Assembly: GCA_008080735.1 (NCBI GenBank)
Contig: SHMW01000015.1
Coordinates: 1 to 64,000, forward strand
DNA length: 64,000 nucleotides
Direction: 5' to 3'
Source: Promethearchaeota archaeon
Lineage (GTDB): Archaea; Asgardarchaeota; Lokiarchaeia; Sigyniarchaeales; SOKP01
The notes under the pieces are model-generated. The model saw nothing but the letters and a program-made list of their open reading frames with translations, had not been told where the DNA came from and ran no database searches. How positions within the stretch are numbered: position 1 is the first letter of the stretch; each line of letters begins with the position of its first letter. Made by a program: the position numbers and the translations under genes. Shown here piece after piece: positions 30,569 through 41,037 of this stretch.

Positions 30569-32137
30569 TTGAAAATTTTATATGTGAACCCTGCTCGAAT
30601 TAGAGTAGGTCTAGATTTCATAATTAAGGGCCAACCGCTAAATTTAATGACACTGGCGGCCGTAGTTCCCGAGCATGATGCAAAACTTATTGATTATAAA
30701 ATTCAAGAATTTGATAAAGAACAATTAAAAAATGAATTAAATCGGTCTGATGTTGTTGCGATAACCAGTATGACACCCCAGATTTATAGCGCGTTTGAGA
30801 TTGCGGATATTGCCAAGCAGACGGGTTGTCCCACCATTCTTGGAGGATATCATCCGACTCTGGCATCGGAATATGTCATAAAACACCCCTCTGTTGATTA
30901 TGTGATAAGAGGAGAAGGTGAACATACTTTTCGAGAGTTGATCGATTATATTGATGGAGATCAAAATAAAAAATCACTAGAGGAAATTGATGGAATTTCC
31001 TATAAAGACCAAGTTGGAAATGTTATTCATAACCAGGATCGCAGACTGGAAAAGGACTTAGATAAATTTCCTTTGCCTCGAAGAGATTTAATTGACGATT
31101 CGAAATATTTGTATTTAGGAGTAAGAGTGGCCTCCCTTGAAAGCTCCCGTGGATGTCCTCACTCATGTAAATTTTGTTGTATCCAAAAAATGTGGAGAGA
31201 TCCATACTCACATTTATCTTACCGGTCGAAAAGTGTTAAAAGGATTATGCAAGAAATTTATGATATTGATTGGAAGAAAAATGACTTCATTTTCTTCTGT
31301 GAGGACAATTTCACTATCAATATCAAACGTACTAAGAAAATCCTTAACACAATCATTAATTCGGGAGTGAATACCAGGATGTATTTTAGCTGTCAATCTA
31401 GAGTTGATACGTTATACCGAAACCCGTGGTTGGTCGAATTGATGCATCAAGCAGGTATGAGACAAGTCTTTTTAGGGATCGAGTCTGTTCACCAGCAAAG
31501 TTTAAATGCAATGAATAAGAGAGGTACTACCCCTAAAATGACGAGAAAGGTGGTTGAGATGCTTCAAGATTACGGTATTTCGATCTTTGGGGGTGTAATT
31601 ATTGGATTCCCCGGAGAAACTAAGCGAATGGTTCGGCAAACGATTCAATTCACAAAATCTCTTAATCTCACATGTGTTCAATTTACTCCTATAACTGCTT
31701 TCCCTGGAACTGCCTTCTATGATGAAATGAAAGCGCAAAAAAAGATCACCAGTAAAAATTATCGACATTATAATCTCTTTTATTCGATGATGAGAACTGA
31801 CGAGTTGACCAGTAAGGAGTTATATGAATTAGTCGTGGAAGCCTATTCATCATACTATTTTGGGAGAGAATGGATCTCGATGGTAGCAAAAAGATATTGT
31901 AATCCTATCGGCAAATTTAATTGGATGTTGGCAAGTGTTCCACGATTTGTCAAAGTGGTTATAAAGAATGGATTTGAAATGTTGCGTAGTCAAGGTATAT
32001 CTACATCTAAGATAAGTGACGAATTAAAAGAACTTAGTAATGCAGCAAAGGAAATAGAGCATAAAACCGGTACTACTTTCAAAATAGAAGATATTATCTC
32101 CCCTTCCGCTGCCTCAAAGGAAGAATCCATTTCATAA
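30569..32137 (+). CDS. Cobalamin-binding radical SAM protein
   Basis: B12-binding N-terminal domain (GGYHPT, GEGE) and SRGCPHSCKFC. Confidence 0.9.
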   Translation: MKILYVNPARIRVGLDFIIKGQPLNLMTLAAVVPEHDAKLIDYKIQEFDKEQLKNELNRSDVVAITSMTPQIYSAFEIADIAKQTGCPTILGGYHPTLASEYVIKHPSVDYVIRGEGEHTFRELIDYIDGDQNKKSLEEIDGISYKDQVGNVIHNQDRRLEKDLDKFPLPRRDLIDDSKYLYLGVRVASLESSRGCPHSCKFCCIQKMWRDPYSHLSYRSKSVKRIMQEIYDIDWKKNDFIFFCEDNFTINIKRTKKILNTIINSGVNTRMYFSCQSRVDTLYRNPWLVELMHQAGMRQVFLGIESVHQQSLNAMNKRGTTPKMTRKVVEMLQDYGISIFGGVIIGFPGETKRMVRQTIQFTKSLNLTCVQFTPITAFPGTAFYDEMKAQKKITSKNYRHYNLFYSMMRTDELTSKELYELVVEAYSSYYFGREWISMVAKRYCNPIGKFNWMLASVPRFVKVVIKNGFEMLRSQGISTSKISDELKELSNAAKEIEHKTGTTFKIEDIISPSAASKEESIS

Positions 32138-32307
32138 TCTCCAATTTTCATTTAATCTTTAAAAAGCTCCAAGTTTTTTCTTTTACTATTTTGAATTATC
32201 TTTTATTCATTAATGCCTCTCTTCTTCATTTTATATTATGTGAATAATATTGAGGTTTTTATGATTTAATTTTCAGAGAATAATGTGTTGAATTTAGATA
32301 AACTACA

Positions 32308-32658
32308 ATGATTCTCATGAATAATAAGAAAAATGGACATTCTGGGGAGAAAATCTATAGTTATACTATCATGGATATCCAGATAGAGTTATCTTCTGCT
32401 CAGAATGAAAGAACAAAACAAAGAAAGCGCTTTTCGTTAATTACCAAACTCGTAAATGACTTATTTAAATATAAAGAAAGAAAGGGATGTTATGAAACGA
32501 TTTCTAATCTTATTGTCTCGACGCTTATATCTTCTGATATGGATTGTCCACTTGATATCTATAGCTGCAAAGATGACTCGTTTGAGGATATCGACTATGA
32601 ATGCAAGAAAATACTGGAAAGTGAGCTTTTTGAGTTTTCTAATGAACTTCCGAATTAG
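32308..32658 (+). CDS. Hypothetical protein
   Basis: 116-aa ORF; no recognisable motif. Confidence 0.5.
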   Translation: MILMNNKKNGHSGEKIYSYTIMDIQIELSSAQNERTKQRKRFSLITKLVNDLFKYKERKGCYETISNLIVSTLISSDMDCPLDIYSCKDDSFEDIDYECKKILESELFEFSNELPN

Positions 32659-33271
32659 AAGAAGGGCAATCCATCAATATAGCTCGGTCAAAATATTTCA
32701 GAAGGTGTTTAATTGTCAAATGTTCTTTTAAACTAAATAATCTCGCAAATTTAGCTTTTTCACTAATAGTTTTGCCATAATAGGAATTTCCCAAGAAGGT
32801 GTGTGATTTTTCAACTATCTTAATAATCTGAGCTGGATTTCCTAAATGCAGGTAAATAGACATGTCATTTATTAGCAGATAGGGTGTTGGAGCTTTTTCG
32901 AAGGTATGCAGTAGAGGGATGGTCTGATTATAATTATGGCACGCATTCTTATATAATTGTTTTTTATTAGTTGCATTTAATCTTGGAGGTATGATCTCAT
33001 TTTTGGGATCCAAATAGCGGCAGAGAGTACTTTTACCATAGTAATCCTTAAATTTCCCACCGATCTTTAAATCATTAAAAGTTTGTAATTTAGGAGCAAA
33101 ATCGATGATCGAGATGAGATTTGGATCAATTTTTTTTTCTTCAAGAAGGAATTGAATAAATTCGGCAGAGCAAAACGTTTTATAGGTATTCGTCTCACCG
33201 TAAAGGAAAACCTTCTTTTCTAGAAAAGAATTAAATTCTAATTTAGTTCTACACTCCATTATTCTTATCAA
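32639..33271 (-). CDS. Hypothetical protein with degenerate P-loop
   Basis: FLYGETNTYKT Walker-A-like segment; IIDFAP, PPRL, LLINDMSIYL, GNSYYG. Confidence 0.7.
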   Translation of the reverse strand: MIRIMECRTKLEFNSFLEKKVFLYGETNTYKTFCSAEFIQFLLEEKKIDPNLISIIDFAPKLQTFNDLKIGGKFKDYYGKSTLCRYLDPKNEIIPPRLNATNKKQLYKNACHNYNQTIPLLHTFEKAPTPYLLINDMSIYLHLGNPAQIIKIVEKSHTFLGNSYYGKTISEKAKFARLFSLKEHLTIKHLLKYFDRAILMDCPSSNSEVH

Positions 33272-33290
33272 TAAAAAGGGAAGAAAGCAT

Positions 33291-33851
33291 TTAAAAGAAA
33301 TCCTTCCAAGTTATTTCTGCTCGTTCTAATATTTTGATTGTGAGAAAACCCATTATTGAACCGGGAATACAACTAGCGGCAAACAATCCCCACCATGTAA
33401 AGAGCCCTGTAATAACCGTTCCGAGAGGATTAATAAGGAATGCGATGCTGCCACCAATAAAGACCGTTCCAATAGGTTCTAGAAATGCTGCATACTCAGT
33501 ATATTTCTCGGCTTTTTTTCGTAATATATGTGCAACCCATCCCACAATTATGGCTCCTGAGATACCTCCGTGAAAGGCATGGATAGAACCAATGGTTAAA
33601 GTGAACCTTAAACTCGCTATAGCTAATGCAGTTATAATTGAGAAGGAAAGCCCAACTAATACGCCTGAAATTGAATTAATTACATGTGCAAATGGATTTA
33701 CTTTTGATCCGAATATAGGAATATATGCAAATGGATTAATATAACTCAGAATTAATCCTACCGGAATTAATACTCCCGCAGTAGCTGTTCTTTTTGCGAT
33801 ATTCGCACGTTGTTTTGAACGAATTTCATTTATTTCGTTTTCTTTACTCAA
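33291..33851 (-). CDS. thiW: ECF transporter S component, ThiW family
   Basis: PFAHVINSISGVLVG, LRFTLTIGSIHAF.G.I.GA, EPIGT..IG. Confidence 0.85.
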   Translation of the reverse strand: MSKENEINEIRSKQRANIAKRTATAGVLIPVGLILSYINPFAYIPIFGSKVNPFAHVINSISGVLVGLSFSIITALAIASLRFTLTIGSIHAFHGGISGAIIVGWVAHILRKKAEKYTEYAAFLEPIGTVFIGGSIAFLINPLGTVITGLFTWWGLFAASCIPGSIMGFLTIKILERAEITWKDFF

Positions 33852-34006
33852 TAGATATTCCCCTTAATTATCTTAAATATTATAAAATAACAAAATAGAA
33901 GACTTAAGATGTTTTTTATAATATAAAGGATGCTATTCCTTAAAAAATTCCCTTGATACGTCTATTAGCAAATTAGCAGTACAATTAGCAATCTTGATAA
34001 AGGTTT

Positions 34007-34693
34007 ATGGATTTTTCTTATTCAAGTATGATAAAAATTGGTAAAACTACACTGAAACCTAATAAAGTCATTTGTTTGGGATTAAATTATAAGGATCACA
34101 TCGAAGAGACGAATAGAGAAGTCCCCGAGGAGCCTTTGTTATTCAATAAAACGTTAAATTGCTTGATAGGTCATAATGAACCGATTGTCTATCCGAAAAT
34201 ATTGTATGACAATAGAAAGTTCAACAGAGTTGATTATGAAGTAGAGCTTGCGGTTATTATTGGGAAGGAAGGGAAATACATCTCCGAAGACAAAGCCTAT
34301 GAATATATTAAAGGATATACTGTTTTCAATGATATAACTGCGCGAAAAATGCAGATTAAGGACATTGCCTCAAAAAGACCGTGGTTTAAGTCAAAATCGT
34401 TTGATACCTTTGGAGTAATTGGTCCGAAAATTGTTGATTTGGAAGATCCGCATAATTTAAACTTAAAACTGACGGTTAATGGGGAATTAAAACAATCATC
34501 AAATACTAAATACCTTCTCTTTAAAATCCCATATCTTATTGAATATATTTCGCAATTTGTTACCTTAAACCCCGATGATATCATCGCTACCGGAACGCCC
34601 AGCGGTATTGGCCCCATCTCACCAGGAGATGTAGTTGAGGCCTCCATCGATAAAATAGGAACACTCCGCAATGAAGTCATCTTAGAAGAGTGA
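34007..34693 (+). CDS. Fumarylacetoacetate hydrolase family protein
   Basis: CLGLNY..H..E, DYEVELAV, NDITAR, KSFDTF, DIIATGTP.G. Confidence 0.93.
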   Translation: MDFSYSSMIKIGKTTLKPNKVICLGLNYKDHIEETNREVPEEPLLFNKTLNCLIGHNEPIVYPKILYDNRKFNRVDYEVELAVIIGKEGKYISEDKAYEYIKGYTVFNDITARKMQIKDIASKRPWFKSKSFDTFGVIGPKIVDLEDPHNLNLKLTVNGELKQSSNTKYLLFKIPYLIEYISQFVTLNPDDIIATGTPSGIGPISPGDVVEASIDKIGTLRNEVILEE

Positions 34694-34762
34694 TCAATTT
34701 ATTATTTTAAAATATAAAAAACACATATTTAAAAATTAATTCGCTCTTTTTTATAGAAGATA

Positions 34763-34951
34763 ATGAAAGAAATAGATGAAAAAGTTAAAGAACAAATATT
34801 GGAGTTAATTTCTATACCCGGGATGGATATAGAGGATATTGCGGTTAAAGTAAATTTAGATTATGAAACGGTACATGAAGTTCTTTCGGAAGAATATTTG
34901 AAAAATAATTTGGATTTTGGCAGGCGTCTCTGCTGTCGCTGGACACTGTAA
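34763..34951 (+). CDS. Small hypothetical protein (HTH-like)
   Basis: 62 aa, GMDIEDIAVKVNLDYETVHEVL. Confidence 0.6.
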   Translation: MKEIDEKVKEQILELISIPGMDIEDIAVKVNLDYETVHEVLSEEYLKNNLDFGRRLCCRWTL

Positions 34952-35050
34952 AATTAGTTATTATCGTAGGTTTTCACTCAATATTTCCTCTTTATTCTAA
35001 GATTTCATCCACTTATTCAATATGAATATTACTTAGATTTAAAAACTTTT

Positions 35051-35797
35051 ATGGGAATATTTTTATTAACTATGGCAGATCAATTACAATTTTTTGTTCG
35101 GGGAAGTTTTAGTTTAATCTTCGTAATTATTTCTATATTGATTGGGCTTCGATTAATATCCAAATATTTTCAATATGGGCAAAAAAACTTCATCAGTGTA
35201 GGATTAACATGGATTTTTTTAAGTAGTTCGTGGTGGTGGTCGGGTTTTAATTTCATTGCAAATTTATTTAATTATTCCTTAAGTGAAACATCTTACTTGA
35301 TCTTATCAAATGGTTTTATCGCTCCTGCCCTTGTTAGCTGGTTATATTCGTTTACCACATTAGCATATGAACAATGGAAACAAAAGATACTTATTCTGAG
35401 CTTAGGAATTGCTATACCTTATGAGTTTATCCTTTTGATATTAATATTTGCCCAACCCACCTTAATCGGGTGGGAGGTTAGTGAAAATGTAATATCGAGA
35501 ACACCACTCACATTATCTGTTGCAATTATTGCGATCGTCATCGCTTTGATTACGGGGCTGATTTTCAGTAAAAACGCTATGAAAAGTCAGGATAAAGAAA
35601 TCAAGTGGAAAGGACGGTTTTTATTACTGGCATTTGTCCTCTTTACAATAGGGGCGGGATTAGATTCAGTCAGTTGGACGAGTTTCTTTATGATTATTTT
35701 AATTAGGTTGATTCTGATAATGAGTTCGATTATCTATTATATTGCATTTTTTCTCCCCGATAGGGTCAAAAAAGTTCTAATCAAGGAAGAATTATGA
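35051..35797 (+). CDS. Polytopic (about 7 TM) membrane protein, paralog of 25039..25773
   Basis: Same conserved motifs (KWKGRFLLLAF, YYIAFFLP). Confidence 0.8.
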   Translation: MGIFLLTMADQLQFFVRGSFSLIFVIISILIGLRLISKYFQYGQKNFISVGLTWIFLSSSWWWSGFNFIANLFNYSLSETSYLILSNGFIAPALVSWLYSFTTLAYEQWKQKILILSLGIAIPYEFILLILIFAQPTLIGWEVSENVISRTPLTLSVAIIAIVIALITGLIFSKNAMKSQDKEIKWKGRFLLLAFVLFTIGAGLDSVSWTSFFMIILIRLILIMSSIIYYIAFFLPDRVKKVLIKEEL

Positions 35798-35889
35798 TTA
35801 TCAAATTAAACTCAATTTTTCTCATCCTATTTTTAATAAAACTTTTTAATTTTACAGAACTATTGCAATCACTAAGTCAAAACAATTCT

Positions 35890-35969
35890 AAAAGGCTTAG
35901 TACGTCTATACGGTTTCAATATGGTTCGATATAATATATTGAAATGATAGGAACTGAAAGTAGCCTTTT
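35890..35969 (+). promoter_or_regulatory. Long interrupted hairpin in the leader of the rpl11-rpl1-rpl10-rpl12 operon
   Basis: Nested stems AAAAGGCT/AGCCTTTT, TAGT/ACTG, CTAT/ATAG and TTTCAATAT/ATATTGAAA. Confidence 0.5.
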
Positions 35970-36008
35970 TATAATTTGTTTTGGACAATTAGTTATTCAT
36001 AAAGAGGA

Positions 36009-36515
36009 TTGCAAATGAGTGAACAAACGGAAAAGGTAGTTGTCAAAGCACTTGTTACAGGAGGAAGTGCATCCGGTGGCCCTCCAATCGGCCCAGCTGT
36101 CGGTCCGACAGAAATCAACATTAAGGATGTCATCGATAAGATAAATGAGGAGACGCAGATGTTCAAAGGTCTTAGTGTCCCTGTACGGATTATATGTGAT
36201 CCTGAAACCAAACAATTTGAGATATTTATTGAGACGCCTTCTACAGCATCGTTACTAATGAAAGAATTGGGGGCTTCTCAAGGAAGTTCAAACTGTATTG
36301 AAGAAAAAATAGGAGATTTAACATTGGAACAGATAAAATCAGTTGTAGAAGCAAAAAAAGATACATTTTTAGAAAAGACATATAAGGCAGCAGTAAAGTC
36401 TGTTCTCGGTACCGCGTTATCCGTAGGGGCTACTGTGGAAGGAGAGGACCCTCGAACAATTCAGCAACGTATTGATAATGGAGAATACGATGAGCAACTT
36501 GAGGAGGACTTATAA
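36009..36515 (+). CDS. rpl11: 50S ribosomal protein uL11
   Basis: GGSASGGPPIGPA.GP, IN..T..FKG..VPV, P.TASLL, LGTA.SVG. True start may be ATG at 36015. Confidence 0.95.
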   Translation: MQMSEQTEKVVVKALVTGGSASGGPPIGPAVGPTEINIKDVIDKINEETQMFKGLSVPVRIICDPETKQFEIFIETPSTASLLMKELGASQGSSNCIEEKIGDLTLEQIKSVVEAKKDTFLEKTYKAAVKSVLGTALSVGATVEGEDPRTIQQRIDNGEYDEQLEEDL

Positions 36516-37243
36516 TGAAGGTGGATGATAAATTATTAAAACAATCGCTTGATTTGGCAATTGACTTTTCAGTTCGAGAAAAAGAAGGACATAAGCCAAA
36601 GAAAAGAAATTTTGATGAATCCGTGGATTTAATCATCAATCTTAAAGATATAGACTTAAATGATCCAAAGCAGAGAATTGATAAAGAACTTATCTTGCCA
36701 AATCCCGTCGCAAAAGAGAGGAAGTCAGAGCTGATTGTAATCGCGACAGGCGAGTTACTCTTACAAGCAAAAAAAATGGATGTGGATACGATGGATGATG
36801 AAGAATTAGATAGGCTAAACGCACAGGAAAAAAAGGACAAGAAGAAACTGGTCAAAAAATATAAATTCTTTATTGTTCAAGACAGACTAATGCCTACTGT
36901 CGCGCGATATTTAGCACGATTTCTCGGTCCAAGAGGGAAAATGCCAAAACCATTTCCCGACGGATACGGAATTATCTCATCAGTAGAAGAGCTTGAAAAC
37001 GCCATCAACAGATATAAACGCATTATCAGAATTCAAGTGAAAAAAACACCAATGGTCCAAGTGAAGGTCGGGAAAAAATCAATGGAGATGAAAGAGATTT
37101 TTGAAAACATTGAAACTGTCGTAGATTATATTGTTGACCAGATGCCTCATAAATATAACAACATCCGAAATATGTATATTAAAACAACAATGGGAAAGCC
37201 TGTGAAAGTTGACGAGGAATTCCTTGAGGAGAAAGGTGAATAA
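36515..37243 (+). CDS. rpl1: 50S ribosomal protein uL1
   Basis: RNFDESVDLIINLKDID, LGPRGKMP, YIKTTMGKPV. Confidence 0.96.
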   Translation: MKVDDKLLKQSLDLAIDFSVREKEGHKPKKRNFDESVDLIINLKDIDLNDPKQRIDKELILPNPVAKERKSELIVIATGELLLQAKKMDVDTMDDEELDRLNAQEKKDKKKLVKKYKFFIVQDRLMPTVARYLARFLGPRGKMPKPFPDGYGIISSVEELENAINRYKRIIRIQVKKTPMVQVKVGKKSMEMKEIFENIETVVDYIVDQMPHKYNNIRNMYIKTTMGKPVKVDEEFLEEKGE

Positions 37244-37248
37244 AAAAT

Positions 37249-38223
37249 ATGATGTCAGAAAAAACGATACCTCAATGGAAAAAAGATGAAATAAAGTACC
37301 TCGTTGATTTAATGAAGAAATATAGCAACATCATCGTAATTGATGTTTCGCGTATTAACGATAGACAAGTGCAAGAAATGCGAAAGATCTTACGTGGGGA
37401 TGCGGTCATTCGAATGTCAAAAAAGTCACTCCAACAAAGAGCTCTGGAAAAATATGCTGAGGAAAGTGGAAAGGAAAATCTTGATGAATTGCAAGAAAAT
37501 ATTCCCGGACAATCTGCGTTAGTGTTTACGGATATCGATCCTTTTGAATTACGACGAATATTTTTGGATAATAAATGGATGGTTGCCGCGAAACCGGGAC
37601 AAGTGACGCCAGTCGATATTACTGTATCCGCCGGAGATACTGGGTTACCCACCGGTCAAGTAATCAGTGAGCTTAACATGACGCTGAAACTTCCTACTAT
37701 GATTAAGAATGACACGATTCACATCCGAGATGATACCGTTACCCATAAAGTAGGAGAGACTGTCTCAACCAAGGAAGCATCGGTACTTAAAAAGTTGGGT
37801 ATTAAACCTATTGAATCTATCTTGGATATTCATTTCGCATGGGCAGATGGGGATATTATTCCCGCGGATGTTATATACATGGACATGGATAAGTTCAGAG
37901 AGGAGATTGCATCATGCTATATCACGGCTCAAACACTTGCGATTGAATTGGGGATCATGGATAAAGAAACGATCACACCATTGACTCAAAAGGCCTATAG
38001 GGAAGCATTGGCATTATTATTTGAGATGCCCATTATAGATGAGACCTTTATCGAAGAATATTGTAAAAAGGCTCAGATAAATGCAAGTGTGGTGAACGCT
38101 ATGGTTTTTGGAGAGGGCATCGCAACGCCACCAAGTGGAACAGCGGAAAAAGTAGAAAAAGAAGAAGAAAAAAAGGAAGAAGAGGAAGAAGAGGAAGTTT
38201 CTGGAATTGGGAGTCTATTCTAA
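37249..38223 (+). CDS. rpl10: 50S ribosomal protein uL10 (P0)
   Basis: IPQWK, R..LRG, AKPG, AGDTG, LKKLGIKP; acidic tail GIGSLF. Confidence 0.96.
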   Translation: MMSEKTIPQWKKDEIKYLVDLMKKYSNIIVIDVSRINDRQVQEMRKILRGDAVIRMSKKSLQQRALEKYAEESGKENLDELQENIPGQSALVFTDIDPFELRRIFLDNKWMVAAKPGQVTPVDITVSAGDTGLPTGQVISELNMTLKLPTMIKNDTIHIRDDTVTHKVGETVSTKEASVLKKLGIKPIESILDIHFAWADGDIIPADVIYMDMDKFREEIASCYITAQTLAIELGIMDKETITPLTQKAYREALALLFEMPIIDETFIEEYCKKAQINASVVNAMVFGEGIATPPSGTAEKVEKEEEKKEEEEEEEVSGIGSLF

Positions 38224-38279
38224 TTTGACTCAAACATAATATATTAAAAATTAAAAAATAAAAATTAGAGGAATAGAAA

Positions 38280-38585
38280 ATGGAAAGTATTTACGCTGCG
38301 CTTTTGCTTCATAAAGCATCAAAAGATATTACAGAATCGGGTATTGAAAAGATTCTCAAAGCTGCTGGTGTGGACCCTGATAAAACTCAGATCACTAAAC
38401 TTGTAGCTGGTCTTAGCGAAACGGATATTGATACTATTTTAAAATCCGCATCAGCTGCTCCGGTAGCATCAATGCCGGTTGCTGGTGGCGGAGGCGCTTC
38501 TGAAGCAAAAGAGGAAAAAGAAGCAAAGAAAGAAGAAGAGGAAGAAGAGGACGAAGAACCGGCAGGTATTGGTTCTTTATTCTGA
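38280..38585 (+). CDS. rpl12p: Ribosomal stalk protein P1/P2 (L12p)
   Basis: MESIYAALLLH, Ala-rich hinge, acidic tail GIGSLF. Confidence 0.96.
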   Translation: MESIYAALLLHKASKDITESGIEKILKAAGVDPDKTQITKLVAGLSETDIDTILKSASAAPVASMPVAGGGGASEAKEEKEAKKEEEEEEDEEPAGIGSLF

Positions 38586-38620
38586 GATCCCGAGATTTGC
38601 GTCGCATGTCTTGTTCGGAT

Positions 38621-38657
38621 AGGCAATTATTGCCTTCTTTTTCCTTTATTCTTTCTT
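38621..38657 (+). terminator. Hairpin plus U-rich tract after rpl12p
   Basis: AGGCAAT-T-ATTGCCT inverted repeat followed by TCTTTTTCCTTTATTCTTTC. Confidence 0.5.
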
Positions 38658-38857
38658 AAGGCTCAAAAAAAATTAATGATTATATTTTTTACTCTTTTTA
38701 TCTTTTGGATAATTTCTATTAAAATCTGTAGGTTCTTTTTGCGAATGAGTTTTGGATATAAAGCATCAAAAGGTTTTTTTTTAATTGCTTTTTATTATTA
38801 TCAATATTAATTATTGTTTGTAAAAAAAATCAAAATTAAATATTAATTATTAACGCT

Positions 38858-40312
38858 ATGACCTCTAAGTTTCTCCGTTTTTTTGCGCCATTTGTAAAGG
38901 TGACTCCAGAGATAAAGGCGCCACAACGTGAAGTCTCATTCAAGGAAAAGTTTATATGGACTGCGGTCGTGCTCATTATTTACTTAATTATGAGTAATAT
39001 CCCTATGTATGGAGTTCAGCTCGAGGAATCAGCAGATTATTTTTATTGGCTCCGTGTAATTTTGGCGAGTAATAGAGGAACCCTCACTGAATTAGGAATC
39101 GGACCAATAGTGACTGCTGGATTAATTATGCAGCTACTCCAAGGCTCGAAGCTAATCAATGTCAATATGGCAGATCCCTATGATAGATCAATGTTTAGCG
39201 GTTCGCAAAAGGTATTGGCTATGTTTCTCACGGTATTCAATATTATCGCATATCTTATGGGAGGTGCGTTTGGACCCGTGAATCAATTAGGAATTATGAA
39301 TATCGTGTTCATCTTCTTACAATTATTTTTTGCGGGTATTATCATAATACTGATGGACGAATTGCTCCAGAAAGGTTGGGGCTTAGGGAGCGGAGTGTCA
39401 TTATTTATTGCCGCGGGTGTCGCGGGGCAGATTTTTTGGAATGCTTTTAGTTTTATCCAAGGTCCTGATGGTTTACCCAGGGGGATAGTAATTGCCTTTT
39501 TTACCGCATTGTTCGATGGCAATCCTGATACAGACGTTGGAGCAATTTTCTTGCGCGGAGAAACACAGTTGCCGTCAATTTTGGGGGGAATTACAACAGT
39601 TATTATCTTTTTGGTGGTTATTTGGTTTGAATCGACGAGAGTGGAAATCCCGTTGCAGTATAGAGGCTATCGAGGTTTTAAAGGAAAGTATCCTATGAAA
39701 CTGCTGTATGTATCCAATATTCCTGTTATTTTGGTAAATGCTTTATATGCGAATTTCTTATTCTTTGGACAAATCATTTGGAATTTTCATCAAGGGTCTA
39801 ATTTTTTTCTAAGTTTAATAGGTACTTTTGAATCTTCAGAAGCTGCGGGCACCCCCGGTGGGTATTTAACACCCACAGGAGGTTTAATGTATTATCTCTC
39901 GCCACCGCAAGGGATCGCGGCATTACTCGCAGACCCGTTCAGAGGCGTAATCTATCTCGGAATTTTCATCATATTATGTATTTATTTAGGACGGGTGTGG
40001 GTGGAAGTAAGCGGTCTTGCACCTCGAGATGTCGCAGGTCAGATCCTTGATTCGGGAATGCAAATTCCAGGATTTAGAAGCTCTGAAAAGATTATAGAAC
40101 GGATCTTAAAGCGTTATATTCCCACATTAGTCATATTGAATGGAATGATCATTGCCGTGTTGAGCTTCTTTGCAGATAGCCTTGGGGCACTCACATCCGG
40201 GACGGGTCTATTAATCGCAATAGGTATCACGCACCAATATGCAGAAACCATAAGCAAAGAATTAGCTGCCGCGCAATATCCAGGCATGAGAGGGATGTTA
40301 GGTCTAGATTAA
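38858..40312 (+). CDS. secY: Preprotein translocase SecY / Sec61alpha
   Basis: LGIGPIVTAGLIMQLL, DELLQKGWGLGSGVSLFIA, YP.KLLYVSNIP, GMQIPGFR, SGTGLL. Confidence 0.97.
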   Translation: MTSKFLRFFAPFVKVTPEIKAPQREVSFKEKFIWTAVVLIIYLIMSNIPMYGVQLEESADYFYWLRVILASNRGTLTELGIGPIVTAGLIMQLLQGSKLINVNMADPYDRSMFSGSQKVLAMFLTVFNIIAYLMGGAFGPVNQLGIMNIVFIFLQLFFAGIIIILMDELLQKGWGLGSGVSLFIAAGVAGQIFWNAFSFIQGPDGLPRGIVIAFFTALFDGNPDTDVGAIFLRGETQLPSILGGITTVIIFLVVIWFESTRVEIPLQYRGYRGFKGKYPMKLLYVSNIPVILVNALYANFLFFGQIIWNFHQGSNFFLSLIGTFESSEAAGTPGGYLTPTGGLMYYLSPPQGIAALLADPFRGVIYLGIFIILCIYLGRVWVEVSGLAPRDVAGQILDSGMQIPGFRSSEKIIERILKRYIPTLVILNGMIIAVLSFFADSLGALTSGTGLLIAIGITHQYAETISKELAAAQYPGMRGMLGLD

Positions 40313-40427
40313 GTGAATTCTATCCTTATATATACTAACTTTCTATAACCTAAGCTTTCTGATAGCTATCCAAATTATTTCATATAATTCTACTAAATCT
40401 TAAATTTGGGGCATAGAGAAAAAGAAA

Positions 40428-40856
40428 TTAGGCTTTATTTATATCTTTTAACCTATCGCTCAAGCTATTTTTGTTTATTTTATTCTTCAATTCATTCATC
40501 ACGGGGACGCGCTTGAGATCTCTCTCGTCATATCCTGATCTTTCCAATGTTTTGCTGAATTTAGAATTGGTCCGTAATGAATTTTCAAATGTATTTACTT
40601 CTGCAGATTGTGGCGGTGCTGAAGTGGAGGATTGCTGAAATTCTGATAAAATGCGTTCTTTCGCCTTTTGCCGATTGGGTTCTTTCTTTGAAAAGGTTAC
40701 ATCCTCAAATGTACAGAAGATAAATCTCTCATTCTCCTTAGAAAATTTCGCGCATCGCCGACAATAAAGACTTTGATGATAGAGATTCGTCTTAGGACAT
40801 AATACCAAATCAATAATGACTTTTTTCGGTTTTACATTAATTTTTTTAATTTGCAT
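40428..40856 (-). CDS. Hypothetical protein with N-terminal Cys4 motif
   Basis: CPK...CRRC...C, low-complexity linker, helical C-terminus. Confidence 0.65.
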   Translation of the reverse strand: MQIKKINVKPKKVIIDLVLCPKTNLYHQSLYCRRCAKFSKENERFIFCTFEDVTFSKKEPNRQKAKERILSEFQQSSTSAPPQSAEVNTFENSLRTNSKFSKTLERSGYDERDLKRVPVMNELKNKINKNSLSDRLKDINKA

Positions 40857-41037
40857 GTATATCCCTTAAAATCCTATAAAATTAGATACGTCTATCAATT
40901 ACATCAAACGAGAGGAGACATATAAAGTTCGGTTTTTCCTATATCTCACGCGAAAAGAATAAATTTGAAAATCAATTTGATAGGTTTCTAATAAAGGAAA
41001 ATTTTTAATTTGTTTATGATTACATACATCTGTAGAT

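Noticed and set aside
33852-34006. TPP riboswitch upstream of thiW
   Set aside because: No CUGAGA or other TPP aptamer core is visible; the region is AT-rich.
40428-40520. Possible WH2-like actin-binding motif (VMNELKNKINKNSL) at the C-terminus of 40428..40856
   Set aside because: It lacks a properly spaced LKK(T/V) element; too weak to call by eye.
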